Assembly: GCF_964213995.1 (NCBI RefSeq)
Contig: NW_027590163.1
Location: 248,001-312,000 of the forward strand
DNA: 64,000 bases
Direction: 5' to 3'
DNA from: Mustelus asterias
Taxonomy: Eukaryota
In this document: one piece after another, positions 25,300-36,948 of the stretch
Layout: every line of letters starts with the position of its first letter
Position numbering within the stretch: the stretch's first letter is position 1
Notes under the pieces: model-generated
The model's input: only the letters and a program-made list of their open reading frames with translations
What the model was told of the DNA's origin: nothing
Database searches by the model: none
Translations under genes and position numbers: made by a program

Positions 25300-26724
25300 T
25301 GTAACCTCGTATTTGGGAGGGAGGTGTGAACCCTACGTGCCCCCAGCACCTGCAGACATGGACGTTGGGGACACACCCAGAGATTGGTGTGGGCAGCACC
25401 TGATTGGACTTTATTGATCAGGGTGATCTAGTCCAAATCGATTGATTGGTAATGGCCAAAAGGAACGGGAAACCTAACGGGGTACAAAGGGTGCTGCTCA
25501 ACCAAGAATCTCTCTCTCTCTGACCCCACGAACGAGCTACAACACCGGTGACCATCGCCAGCGACGACCAGCACGAGGAGAGCCACCACACTGCTGGTCT
25601 GATGAGTAAGTTTGCGGATGACACAAAGACTGCTGTAGTTGTGGATAGTGATGAATATTGTCAGAGAATACAGCAGGATATAGATAGGCTGGTCAATTGG
25701 GCAGCGAAATGGCAGATGGAATTTAATTCAGATAAATGCGAAGTGATGCATTTTGGTAGATCTAATGCAGGGGGGTGTATACAAGAAATTGCAGAACCAT
25801 CAGGAGTATAGACACACAGAGGGATCTGGGTGTGCAAGTCCACAGATCCTGAAAGGTGGCAGCACAGGTGTAAAAGGTGGGGAAGAAGGCATATGGCATG
25901 ATTACCTTTATTGGACGGGGGAGGGGGGGCATAGAGTATAAAAGTTGGCATATGACGTTGCAGTTATATAGAACGTTGGTCAGACCACATTTGGAATACT
26001 GAGTCCAGTTCTGGTCGCCACACTACCAGGAGGACGTGGAGGCTTTGGAGAGAGTGCAGAAAAGGTTTACCAGGATGTTGCCTGGTATGGAGGGTATTAG
26101 CTCTGAGGTGAGATTGAGTAAACTAGGGTTGTTCTCCCTGGAAAGATGGAGGTTGAGGGGCGACCTAATAGAAGTTTATAAAATTATGAAGGGCATAGAC
26201 AGTGAACATTTGGAAGCTTTTTCCCAGGTCAGAAATGACAAACACAAGGGGTCACAAGTTCAAGGGGTAAGGGGGCAAGGTTCAATGCAGATAGGCGGGG
26301 GACGTTTTTTACACAGAGGGTGGTGGGGACCTGGAACACATGATCGGTGCAGGCTTGGAGGGCCGAAGGGCTGTTCCTGTGCTGTATTGTTCTTTGTTCT
26401 TTGTTCACACCCGAAAAGGAAGGAAGACAAGAGCCAGAGTGCCAGACCAGACCAAAGGACCAGATTACGCAGAGGACGACCGAGACCAGCGCACAGATAA
26501 AGCCCAATATCTGTTTGTGCACTTGCCAGTCACACAACGTTAATTCAAGGTCTTGTATTGGACTTGAGCTCTCGTATTTTCTGTAAAGAAAACTTATTGT
26601 TGGTTGGGTGGGTGATTATTGATTGTGTGTCTTAAATAAATATTGGTTGTACTAACAAGACGTCTACTCGCAGTTATTTGTCCACCGTATAAGGATTAAA
26701 ACAGACTGTGCAGCAGGCACAACA
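25300..26724 (+). repeat. 5' LTR of the provirus (about 610 bp net), split by a CR1 insertion
   Basis: TG...CA termini; CR1 at 25591-26406 flanked by an ACAC duplication; aaataaa at about 26634. Confidence 0.65.
25591..26406 (+). mobile_element. CR1 3' fragment inserted in the LTR
   Basis: SKFADDTK, WQMEFN, RGDLIEVYK; (TTCTTTG)n tail. Confidence 0.88.
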
Positions 26725-28585
26725 ATTGAAGACTCTGCCGGAACATCGACAAGAAGTAACTTTGTTGCCTTGACATCGAATCTTGCAAGATCTATATTAA
26801 ATGATATTTTAGAACTCAGAGCCAACAGGTGTAAACTCCTTATTGGACAAATAACTGCTTTCGGGAAATTGTTTATTCTGCATGCATTGTTACTAACAAG
26901 GAGAATAGGGTAAACTCTGTAGGTTTACATTAGAATACGGAGGGATTAGGACCGGAACATAGCCCAAAGCCGTACCCACAGTCCAATCAGCTCCCTACCC
27001 CTTGTCGTTGAATATAGAATGGCAGGAAACAGCACAGAGAGAGAGAAGTGTCCCATATGGGAAGCAAAAATCAGGGAATTTATTAAGACGAAAGGGTGGC
27101 CTCTATGGGCAGAATCTTGTGCCAATACTGAGATGGGACGGGGATCCCGAGGGCAGAAGGATTGGGATGATCTAAGGAATGTTCAGGGAAAACGGGCAGA
27201 TAAAAGTGAGAAAGAAATTGCTATTGTGAGCTGCTTTGTTCAGCTGCTCGGAACAGAAAAGGAGTTAAACACAGTTCGTAAGGAACTGGAGGAGTCGAAG
27301 TGAGCACAGGAGGAAAAGGAGGAGGAGTTTAAGAAACTAAAGGAACAACAACAGGAGAAGATTGAGCAGATGAGATCCTAAAAGGACAGAGAGGTGGATG
27401 AATTAAGGAGAACCAACCAGGCAAATTTATTACAACTGGGCAATTTTCAAACCCAGCATGAGAGAGCCTACCAAGACGCACAGCGCGCTGTCTTGGCCAA
27501 AGGTGAAGCCGATCAGGCAGTAGCACGATTGGAAGCTAAGTGCACTGATCTGCAGGCGGCACTAAAAGCGCTACATCAAGCCAGTAAAGAACAGAGACAG
27601 GCAACCGCTGACCACTCCAAATGCCAGCGAGAAGTTTCAGGGCTGGAATCCCTATTATCAGTTCAGAACGGATTTATGTGAACCTTCGGGACAGTAGAGG
27701 AAGAGGAGATAGAGAATGCGGATTGGGGAGAGTTAAAGGAGAATGCTATCCTTTACGTTATGCAAACCGAGGATTGGGGTCCACCACCATCTTTCCCAGG
27801 GGAAGTTATACCCACTGTGCACCCAGATTCACCTCCAGTACCGATGCATCCAGTGACGGCTGAACTTCGGTTCGGAGAGTCTCAGGCCCCAGCCGTTACA
27901 TACAACCCCGTTTACCGTGGCACAATTGGCCGAAGTCGCAAATAAAATCACAACCTTTGAGCCTTCGGCTGATCCACACAGTTTCTTTGAGGACGTGAGG
28001 CAGCAGAAGTTAATGCATGAGCGAGATGAAAGGGAAGAGGTGAATCTGATAGTCATGTGCTTAAGCAAGTCTGTACGGTCTGCCCTGCCAGCCCCTCAAA
28101 ATGTCGGGGAAGATACCTCAGACGAAATTCAGGAAGCGATATTGACCGCGATAGGGTTTAATAAAGGGTTTCCTGTAGAACGGTTAAATAAATGTAGACA
28201 CAGGAAAGTGGAGCATCCGACTGCCATTGCCGGTCGTTTATAGATCCACTTCACCAGGAGTGTATGGCGAATTAGATCGGGCAAGATTAAATGAAGCTGA
28301 TTAATCCAAATGGGCTAGGACAGTAGTCTCGCCCACCAAAGAGGAAGGCAAGAAAGCCTGCGTTAATTTTGACCCCGCAGTGACCACACACAATAAAACA
28401 TGGGTTTTCTGACGCTTAGCTCGAGTCTGGGAACAGGAAGTTCAGGGAAACCCAATGTCACGGTCAGAAAGCGAGGTGAGAATGCTTCCGATGAGGGCTA
28501 GCCAGGGTCCAGTATGGGGAAACGAGGGTAGAGGGGATCACCAAATCAGAGAGGTACAGCTCCACCTTACACAGCAGCCCCAGGG

Positions 28586-29304
28586 AGAGATACACAGACA
28601 TACACAAACATACACAGAGGTACACAGACAGATACACAGATCTCTAAAGGTTGCCACTCAAGTGGATAGAGCTTTGAAGAAGGCCTATAGTGTGTTAGCT
28701 TCTATTAACAGGGGGTTGGAATTTAAGAGCCGTGGGGTTATGCTGCAACTGTACAGGACGTTGGTGAGACCACATTTGGAATATTGCGTGCAGTTCTGGT
28801 CACCTCACTATAAGAAGGATGTGGAAGCGCTGGAAAGAGTGCAGAGGAGATTTACCAGGATGCTGCCTGGTTTGGAGGGTCGGTCTTATGAGGAAAGGTT
28901 GAGGGAGCGAGGGCTGTTCTCTCTGGAGCGGAGGAGGCTGAGGGGAAACATAATAGAGATTTATAAAATGATGAAGGGGATAGATAGAGTGAACGTTCAA
29001 AGACTATTTCCTCGGGTGGATGGAGCTATTACAAGCGGGCATAACTATAGGGTTCGTGGTGGGAGATATAGGAAGGATATCAGAGGTATGTTCTTTACGC
29101 AGAGAGTGGTTGGGATGTGGAATGAACTACCTGCAGTGATAGTGGAGTCAGACACTTTAGGATCATTTAAGCGGTTATTGGATAGGCACATGGAGCACAC
29201 CAGGATGATAGGGAGTGGGAGAGCTTGATCTTGGTTTCAGATAAAGCTCGGCACAACATCGTGGGCCGAAGGGCCTGTTCTGTGCTGTACTGTTCTATGT
29301 TCTA
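28586..29304 (+). mobile_element. CR1 3' fragment inserted in gag just before the zinc knuckle
   Basis: ORF 28455-29228 switches from gag to CR1 sequence (RSLKVATQV...RPHLEYCVQFW); TTCTATG tail; same subfamily as the 3' end of 1750-6900. Confidence 0.88.
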
Positions 29305-29674
29305 TCTATGTTTTAATTGCGGGCAGCCAGGGCAGTTTGCTCGAGATTGTAGGAGACCCCCGCCACCATATACATGGTCCCTGAGACGACCAGGACCACC
29401 GGTTCCACCAGTTAGGGCAGCTCCTCGGCATGAGAGAGAACACCGCCCACCACCAATGGAAGGTCCCGGCACCCCGTGCATACCTTAAGCACGAGGCCAT
29501 CACTGTATCCAACTGTCCCTGCCTATTGAACCCCAGATTCACGGTGCCCGGCCGCCCCAACCTGGATCTGTAGCACCAGGTGGGATAGTGTAGGGAGACC
29601 GCGAGTTAACGGCGATGTAAGAGGCCATTCTTTTGGGATACCAGAGGCTCCCGAACTACCCTAAACGTAGTACG

Positions 29675-29787
29675 CTCGAGGGTTATAGATAAGCCCAGTA
29701 ATCTCTAAGGTAGGGACATGTTTGGCACACTTTGCGGGCTGAAGGGCCTGTATAGTGCTGTCGTGTTTCTATGTTTCAATGCTTCTA
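29675..29787 (+). mobile_element. Short CR1 3' UTR tail inserted in the protease gene
   Basis: ggcacactttgcgggctgaagggcctg...tttctatgtttc matches the 3' end at about 62490-62578. Confidence 0.75.
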
Positions 29788-32700
29788 AATGTATCAAAAT
29801 TAAAAATACACATCCCTTGGCCAACGACGGGCACAATTACACTCAGTGGGTTCAAAGGACACATGCAAGAGGGATGCATTATAAGCCCTGTACAGGTCCG
29901 TCTAGGTATCATGGTGTGTGACCATCCGGTAGTGTTAGTTGACCTTCCCCTAAGTGCTGAACACGTCCTGGGGTCCGATTATATCAATAAATGTAATGTT
30001 TCATTCGATCCAGCTAATCGATGCATTTGGCAGTTGACTACGATTAGCAGAGCGCCATCAATAATCCCAGCCGGGACATATGCTAATAGGGTTAGCACAA
30101 TAGGGAAATTTTGTTTTGATCCCTTAATGATTAGCAGTGATCCAGCCGTCAGGGAGGTGCTTCAAAGAAACAATGGGGTGTTTGCGCGGCACAAACATGA
30201 TTGTGGCCAGATTCCTGGGGAGATGTTAGTTGAAGGACCGGATCCGAAACCACAGAGACAATACAGTTTCCACAGACAGGCAGAGGGGGAGGTGGCCAAA
30301 GTAATTGATAGTCTATTACAGCAGGGGGATTTGATACGAGTGGCATCCACAAATAATGCGCCGATATGGCCCGTGAGGAAGGTAGATGGATCATGGAGGT
30401 TAACGGTCGACGACCAGGAATTAAATAAGGTTACCCCACTCATGGCCCCCACAGTAACCACATGTCCCGTCACCATGATGAGACAGGGAGCCCAGGCAAA
30501 GTTTTAAAGGGTGCTAGATATTAGTAACGGCTTCTGGTCCATCCCTTTAAATCGGTCTTGCCAGTACAAATTTGCCTTTACATTCCAACGACAGCAATAC
30601 ACTTGGACTTGCTTCCCACAGGGTTTCCATAATTCCCCGTCCATCTTTCACAGGCGACTAGCTACCGGACTAGAAACGTTTTCCCGACCCGAGTGCTTGA
30701 TCCAATATGTGGATGATTTATTGTTACAGACAAACACCGAAGCGGAACATATAACATTGCTGGATGAATTACTCGCACTGCTCCACCCATTAGGCTGCAA
30801 AGTCAACCCCAAAAAGACCAAAAGTTTGCAACCCGAGGTTATATACCTGGGTACAGTGATTACCCATGGGAAGAGGGAGATTGAACAGAAAAGGATAGAC
30901 TCCATAGTACACCATCCACTGCCCCGAGATTTGAGTGCCCTCCGATCTTTCCTAGGTCTAGTAGGGTAATGTCCGAACCATATAGACGGCTTCGCCACCA
31001 AGGCAACCCCACTTTCCGAATTGCTAAAGAAAAACGCGATCTGGAAGTGTACTGTGCAGCACACAGCTGCAGCAACCGATTTAAAGCGCGCCCTCGCCAC
31101 AGCGCCAGCCTTACTAGTCCCTGACCCAGATCTACCATACGCCTTAGAAGTTGCAGCCACCGACCACACACTTTCAGCAGCATTATTACAAGAAAAACAT
31201 GATAGACCAGGCCCTGTAGCCGATGACTCACGAGTATTGGACCCAGTCGAACAAGGCTTCTCCGGGTGTGAACGACACCTGCTCGTGGTATTTTGGGCCG
31301 TACAGCATTTCGCCTATATCATCGGACTGAACCCAATAACCATCCTCACTGAACGCACCCCAACACAGCTTCTGCTGGATGGCCACCTTAAAGATGGCTC
31401 AGTACGCCAGGTCCGCGCTGCCCGTTGGACACTACTACTCCAGGGGAGGGACATCACTGTAAAGCGAACTAAGGTGCCCACGTTCCTGGCAGATAATTTA
31501 AGTTATGTGGGAGATCCGCATGAGTGTCAGGTTAGAGAAACAAAGGACCCCACAGGTCCATTTATTCCAAAGCAACAGGAGAGACGATCAGGGACAAAAC
31601 AAACAGCCACCTCCGGACAGACTCAGCCATGAGAATTTATGTAGACGGTTCATCCACCATTAAGAATGGGACCAGAATGACAGGATGTGGCATTAATGTA
31701 GAAAATCAACAGGGACATCCACTAATAGGACTCGCCCTCAAGCTACCCAGCCATTTGAGTGCTCAAGCTGCCGAACTAGCAGCAGTCACATACGTAGTGA
31801 GTCACTCAGACCTATTTCCAACCCCTGCCAACATACACTCCGATAGCATGTACGTGTGCAACAGCCTGACTGAATTCCTACCGTTATGGGAAGCCAGAGG
31901 CTTCGTATCTGCGGACGGAAAGCCCCTACCGTCAGCCCACTTATTAAAATACGTTCTGCAGGCCACCGAAGGGCGGACATGTGGACTCATTAAGGTTAGA
32001 AGCCACCTTAGGACCTCCCCACCTGGTAGCTGTAAGGCTGATGCCTTAGCCAAAGCCGGTGCTGGTACGGGACAGTTTTGGCAGCCACCTGTAGGAGAGC
32101 GAGTAAGCGCTGTGACCATTTGCCAAACTAATATAGCTGACCTGGTCCAGGCGTAGTGCACTGACAGTTCCCTTCAACAAATTTTAGGAGTCTACCCAGC
32201 TCCATATGAGAAGTGGAAAGACAAAATACAGATTCAGGATGGTTTGATACTAAAAGCAGGCACATACGTATCCCATACCCAGGACAGAAATCAACTCATC
32301 TACCATACCACGACGGATACGGCCATCAGGGCATCAAGGCAACAACCGAGCGATTAAAAGAATTATGTTGGTGGCCCGAACTGCACGATGATGTTGCCTA
32401 TTATATCGACAATTGTTTACTTTGTGCCCAGAACAACCCTGATCGGGATGCCAGAAAAGAGGAGCTAAGCCATACACGCCCAGTAGAAGGCCCCTGGACA
32501 AATCTCGAAATTGATTATATCGGCCCACTAACGCCATGTAGGAATGGATTTGAATCCGTTCTGGTAATAATAGACACTTTCACCAAATGGGTCGAGGCAT
32601 TCCCCACGAGGTCCAACACAGCTAAGGCCACCGCAAAGTTATTAGCCCAGCAGGTGTTGACACGCTCGGGTCTTCCCCGCAGCATAGAGTCCGACCAAGG

Positions 32701-33589
32701 GACACATTTCACCGGGCGAGTGATGCAGAACGTTATGGCTATATTTGGTATTAAGCAGAAATTCCATATCGCCTACCATCCACAATCCAGTGGAATCGTA
32801 GAGCGCATGAACCGAACACTAAAAGGGATCATTAGAAAGACACTGCAGCAAAACAACACAACATGGGATACAGTACTTCCCTTTGCCCTCATGATGGTAC
32901 ATAACACCGTTTCCAGTTCTACTGGATTCACCCCCCACATATTAATGACTGGCCGACCTATGAGGGGAGCTGAATATTTATTGGGGTTTGACTTAACTGA
33001 GCCTGCTATCACAGCCTACCCACGAGAAAGCCGTCCAGCAGCTAACCGAAAACATTAAAGCAGCACAGTTAGCCGCGGCTGTCCGACGAGGAGTTAAAAA
33101 GAAACAGAGCGAGGCATATTTCGATCAAAGGGTACACCCGATAGAATATACAGTTGGCCAGCAGGTAATGATTTCCCTCAACAACCCCAGTTCTTTCTTG
33201 TCCCCGAGATATGCAGGTCAGCACACCATCGTCGAAAAAATAAGCCCCTCAGTGTATAAAGTCCTAATCACCAAGGGGAAAACTGGTTGGTTCCACGTCA
33301 ATCAACTGAAGCTTACGGGACTCAGAATAATCACTTCCACCATCTCTCAATAGAGATAGGGGAGGATGACACGAGGCGACCGGAATGACCCCACCCAGGA
33401 AATGTATTTCCTCGGACACCTTCTCATTCACTTTCAGGTTCAGACCAGACCCTTACCCCTACCACACTACAGCCCAGTGCCTTGTCCACACCTGAAGTGC
33501 CCCTAGGGGTACTGATTGACCCAGACATAACAGCAGACTTGTGCACCCTAGCGGACTGGCGCGATTCCCCTGGGGCGGGGGAGGTGGGG

Positions 33590-33760
33590 TACCCCCCCCC
33601 ACCCCCCCTCCCCAGGAATGAGACGTCACACCCCCTCCCCTCCCACCACCCCACTGGATGATAAGTCACACCCCCTCCACTCCCACCCTCCCCAGGGGAT
33701 GATACTTCACACCCCTTCCCCGCCTCCCCTCCCCCCCCCTCCCCCCCCGACCAGAGGATG
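33590..33760. repeat. About 40-bp C-rich tandem repeat (ggatgatacgtcacacccc core), 3-4 copies
   Basis: ggaatgagacgtcacacccc, ggatgataagtcacacccc, ggatgatacttcacacccc, ggatga. Confidence 0.8.
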
Positions 33761-33779
33761 AACGGCAGAGAGGCTCTCT

Positions 33780-34075
33780 CCATGTCTGCATTTCTTTCGC
33801 GCCCGGGCGCGTTCTGTCAGATCGTTCCGGCGGCGCTAAGCCCCGCCCACTGGACCGGCGCCGGAAAAATGCGCATGGGCGCGCTGGAGCGCGGCCTCCG
33901 GGCTCGGGTCTATTTGACGCTTGCACCCGGCACTTCGTCTCTAAATGGTAAAATCGGGCCCTATGTCTTTAATGGTTCCAAGCCACTCTACTGCACCTAT
34001 GCGTCTTGGACACCGCCTGGCTCAAAAGGCCGGGATTTCATATCGATTGGCCGGCGCAGTGTGGAATCGGTCAAA
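33780..34075. promoter_or_regulatory. CpG-island-like segment with housekeeping-promoter motifs
   Basis: Dense CpG; TTTCGCGC (E2F-like), CCCCGCCC (GC box), CCGGAAA (ETS-like), TGCGCATG (NRF1-like), ATTGG (CCAAT). Confidence 0.5.
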
Positions 34076-34217
34076 AAAAGAGAACATGCATTTTCTTTGC
34101 GTATCAAGAATCTAAAAGTTGAAGACAGTGGCGCGTGTTGCTGCAGACCGTGTACAAATTCATGGCTCATGAACCCGCAGCACTGTGGAGGTAGCACCTT
34201 GCTGACTGTGATTACTG
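33902..34217 (+). pseudogene. Germline-joined (V-CDR3-J) IgNAR/NARTCR-type V domain exon, degenerate but still open
   Basis: ARV..T....T N-terminus; ISIGRRSVESVKKREHAFSLRIKNLKVEDSGACCC resembles VNAR ISxGGRYVETVN..SKSFSLRIxDLxVEDSGTYxC; CDR3 then CGGSTLLTV (J motif YGxGTxLTV); phase-1 donor mutated to ATAATT; first Cys reads Tyr and the framework Trp is lost. Confidence 0.78.
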
Positions 34218-34940
34218 ATAATTGAACTATTTTGTTACGGTTTGGCTCATGTGTTATCCGCACAAGATTGTTCATGATTAGTCTTTTCCATAATCTTGCT
34301 TTATTTGCAAAATCCGAAGGTTGGTTTGCTGAAGGACATTTAATTTAAAATTCTCAGAAAGTGGAATATTAAAGTCTGAGGAAATTTCAGCAAATTTCAC
34401 CACAATCGCATTGCAGACGATGCAGCAAATGATTCTCCTTGCGTCATTGCATCAGCCCAAGGAACAATTGCTCAATAATACAAAGCGCTCAGAGGCAGAG
34501 AGCCCAGAGATGGAAGGGAGTCCACCAACAGGTGTCATTCACTGACTCATTTGTCCCGCTTTAAACAAGAGTTGGGACAGCGGGAATACAGAGTGTGAAC
34601 CGTTGCACCATAGAACTGACAGCACTCTAACCTGAGACATTAGACCTTTCCCCACAACAAAACACACGTACACAACTGCTCGATAATTGCCAGCCTCCAG
34701 TCGAATAGTTGTTGTTTTGTGACAACAACTTCTCCTTTCTTTCAAAAGGGGAGTTAAAGAGTAGCGACAAGCTGACGAAAAGCATTGATGTTGCAAGGAT
34801 CTGTCGCCAAAGGCTCAGCAATGTGAATTGTAATAGCAGTTGAACTGGCTGAAAGATTGTCCTCCCGATTCGTACTCTGTGTGCAATGTAAACAAAATGT
34901 CCTTCAACAAATCAATCCTCAGCAAAAGCAAGGAAAAGCA

Positions 34941-35005
34941 AGGATCTGCCTAAATTTAAACTCGGTTCGCTGGGTTCAGAGTGCTCATCATTCGACCAGA
35001 GAACC
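34941..35005 (-). pseudogene. tRNA-Gln pseudogene (internal deletion)
   Basis: Partial match to the GGTTCCATGGTGTAATGG..AGCACTCTG..GAGTTCAAAT consensus. Confidence 0.6.
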
Positions 35006-35111
35006 TGGAACATAGCAACCACCTGCAAATGGTCACACAAATCAATTGACTCACTTGTTGTTGCTGCCACATTGAATGAAAGAGGTCACATGCATTGGCT
35101 GCAGTGTTCTT

Positions 35112-35183
35112 TGTTCTGTGGTGTAATGGTGAGCACTCGGGAATCCGAATCCTGTGCTCGAAGTTCAGATCTCAGTGAAACAT
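35112..35183 (+). pseudogene. tRNA-Gln pseudogene
   Basis: gttctgtggtgtaatggtgagcactcgggaatccgaatcc...gttcagatctcagtgaaac. Confidence 0.7.
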
Positions 35184-35334
35184 TTTATTTTCCTTGTTAA
35201 AGCTGATGATTGATTTGCTGAAGGCCATTTATGTAAAATTCTCAGGAAGTGGAATTTTAAACTGAGAGGAAATTTCAGCAAATTCCACTCCAATAACATT
35301 GCAGACGATGCAGCGAATGACTCTCCTGGCGTTA

Positions 35335-35542
35335 TTTCTTCCGGGTGCTCCGGTTTCCTCCCACAGTCCAAAGATGTGCGGGTTAGGTTGATTTGCCATT
35401 CTAAAATTGCCCCTTAGTGTCCTGAGATGCGTAGGTTAGAGGGGTTAGTGGGTAAATTTATGGGGGTAGGGCCTGGGTGGAATTGTGGTCGGTGCAGACT
35501 CGATGGGCCAAATGGCCTCTTCCTGCACTGTACGGTTTCTGG
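35335..35542 (+). mobile_element. 5'-truncated V-SINE (HE1-like) with CR1-type tail
   Basis: ccgggtgctccggtttcctcccacagtccaaagatgtgc V-domain; gatgggccaaatggcct tail. Confidence 0.8.
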
Positions 35543-35821
35543 AGGATGATTGCTCAAGAATAAAAGAGCTCCACGGCAGAGAAACCACAGAGAGCAGGGG
35601 TCCCCGACTGGTGTCCCAATCTCAATAAGCGATGGAACGATGAGGATAGTGGTTTCACCCGAAACCAGAATTGAACCGCGGTGCCTGACAGTGTGAGGCA
35701 GCGGTGCTAACCATTGTGCCACAATGCCAGAAAAGCTAGAGAGGGTGGGAGTTGACCCTACTGGTGTCATTCACTGAGTCACATTTCCCAATTTAAACAA
35801 GAGTTGGGACGATAATAATCC

Positions 35822-35893
35822 TAGTTCCACCGAGATTCAAACTCGGATTGCTGGATACAAAGTGCAGAGTGCTAACCGTTACAGAATGGAATC
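35822..35893 (-). pseudogene. tRNA-Gln(TTG) pseudogene
   Basis: Reverse complement close to the tRNA-Gln consensus with several stem mismatches. Confidence 0.75.
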
Positions 35894-36221
35894 GACATGG
35901 CCCGTGCCTAAACCATGAGGCATTTCTCCCAAAACATGCACACACACACACGCACACTTGCTCAATTATAGCCAGGCTCCTGTCGAGTGGTTGTTGTTGT
36001 TTGACACCAACTGCTTATTTCTTTCAACAGAGGTGTTAACGTGTAGTGAAAAGTTGGAGAATCATTGATATTGCAGGTATCTGGCACCAGAGGCTCAGCA
36101 ATGTAAATTGTAAAGGCAATTGAACTGGCTGACAAATTGTCCTCTCTATTTGTACTGTGTGAGAAAATTAGACGAAATCTTCATCAGCAAATCAGACATC
36201 AACATTGGCAAAAAAAAAACA

Positions 36222-36293
36222 AGGTTCCGCGGAGACTTAAACACGGATCACTAGATTCAAAGTTCAGAATGCTCACAGTTACATCACAGAACC
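36222..36293 (-). pseudogene. tRNA-Gln(TTG) pseudogene
   Basis: aggttccgcggagacttaaacacggatcactagattcaaag...acatcacagaacc. Confidence 0.7.
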
Positions 36294-36876
36294 CAACAGC
36301 AAATGACCACTCAAAGCATTTTACCTCTTTCATTCAATGTGGCAGAAACAGTAAGTGTGACAACATTGATGGATCCCAGGAATTTTGCTATGATTGATCC
36401 AAAATTGGTTGAGTGACAGGGAACAGAGGGTGATATTCCAGGGCAGTTTTTCAGACTGGAAGCCAATGTCCAGATGGTCACAAAGGGATGACTGCTGGGG
36501 CCCTTGCATCTGTGAGTTATATGAATGGTTTAGATTTTTATTGCAGGAGGCTTCATCAGTAAGTTTGCAGATGATACAAATATTGGCGAGCTGGTTGCTT
36601 GGCCGGTGCAGACGCGAAGGGCCGATGGGCCGCATCTGTATGACACTAATGCAGGGCATTTGACCCTTTGAGACATGGCTATTTCTTCTGATATCTCCCG
36701 ATACGGCTTGGGAAGAAATGATTTGCTGTGGATTTGGGGGGCAGTTTCTTGAGAGTTTTTTGCGCATGTCAATGGTGGCGCATAACGACATGTTGCCGCA
36801 CTTGCTGTTGCTGCAACATTGAATGAAAGAGGTCAAATTGTTTGATTCCCCATTTCCAGCTGACTCCTGCGTTTTG

Positions 36877-36948
36877 GGTTCTGCGGTGAATTGGTAAGCA
36901 GTCTTACCTCGGAATCCAACGATCCGACTTCAAATTCCCATTCAACTT
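36877..36948 (+). pseudogene. tRNA-Gln pseudogene
   Basis: ggttctgcggtgaattggtaagca...gaatccaacgatccgacttcaaat. Confidence 0.6.

Larger units (their letters stand above)
25300..33590 (+). mobile_element. Decayed endogenous retrovirus-like provirus: 5' LTR-gag-pro-RT-tether RNase H-RNase H-integrase; no env or 3' LTR found
   Basis: LTR TGTAAC (25300) to ACAACA (26724) with AATAAA; gag 27019-29488 with coiled coil and CFNCGQPGQFARDC knuckle; protease WDTRG; RT LDISNGFW, PQGF, YVDD; second RNase H IYVDGS, AQAAEL, SDS, ADALAK; integrase H-H-C-C plus D, D, E. Confidence 0.88.

Noticed and set aside
26725-26745. Primer binding site of the provirus
   Set aside because: Position is right, but TGAAGACTCTGCCGG matches no tRNA 3' end well enough to assign a primer.
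28455-29228. 257-aa ORF as a novel gene
   Set aside because: Chance in-frame fusion of provirus gag with an inserted CR1 3' fragment.
34181-34187. CACTGTG heptamer as a J-segment RSS
   Set aside because: Overlaps the J core codons (Tyr>Cys, Gly) and has no nonamer 12 or 23 bp upstream; likely created by point mutation.
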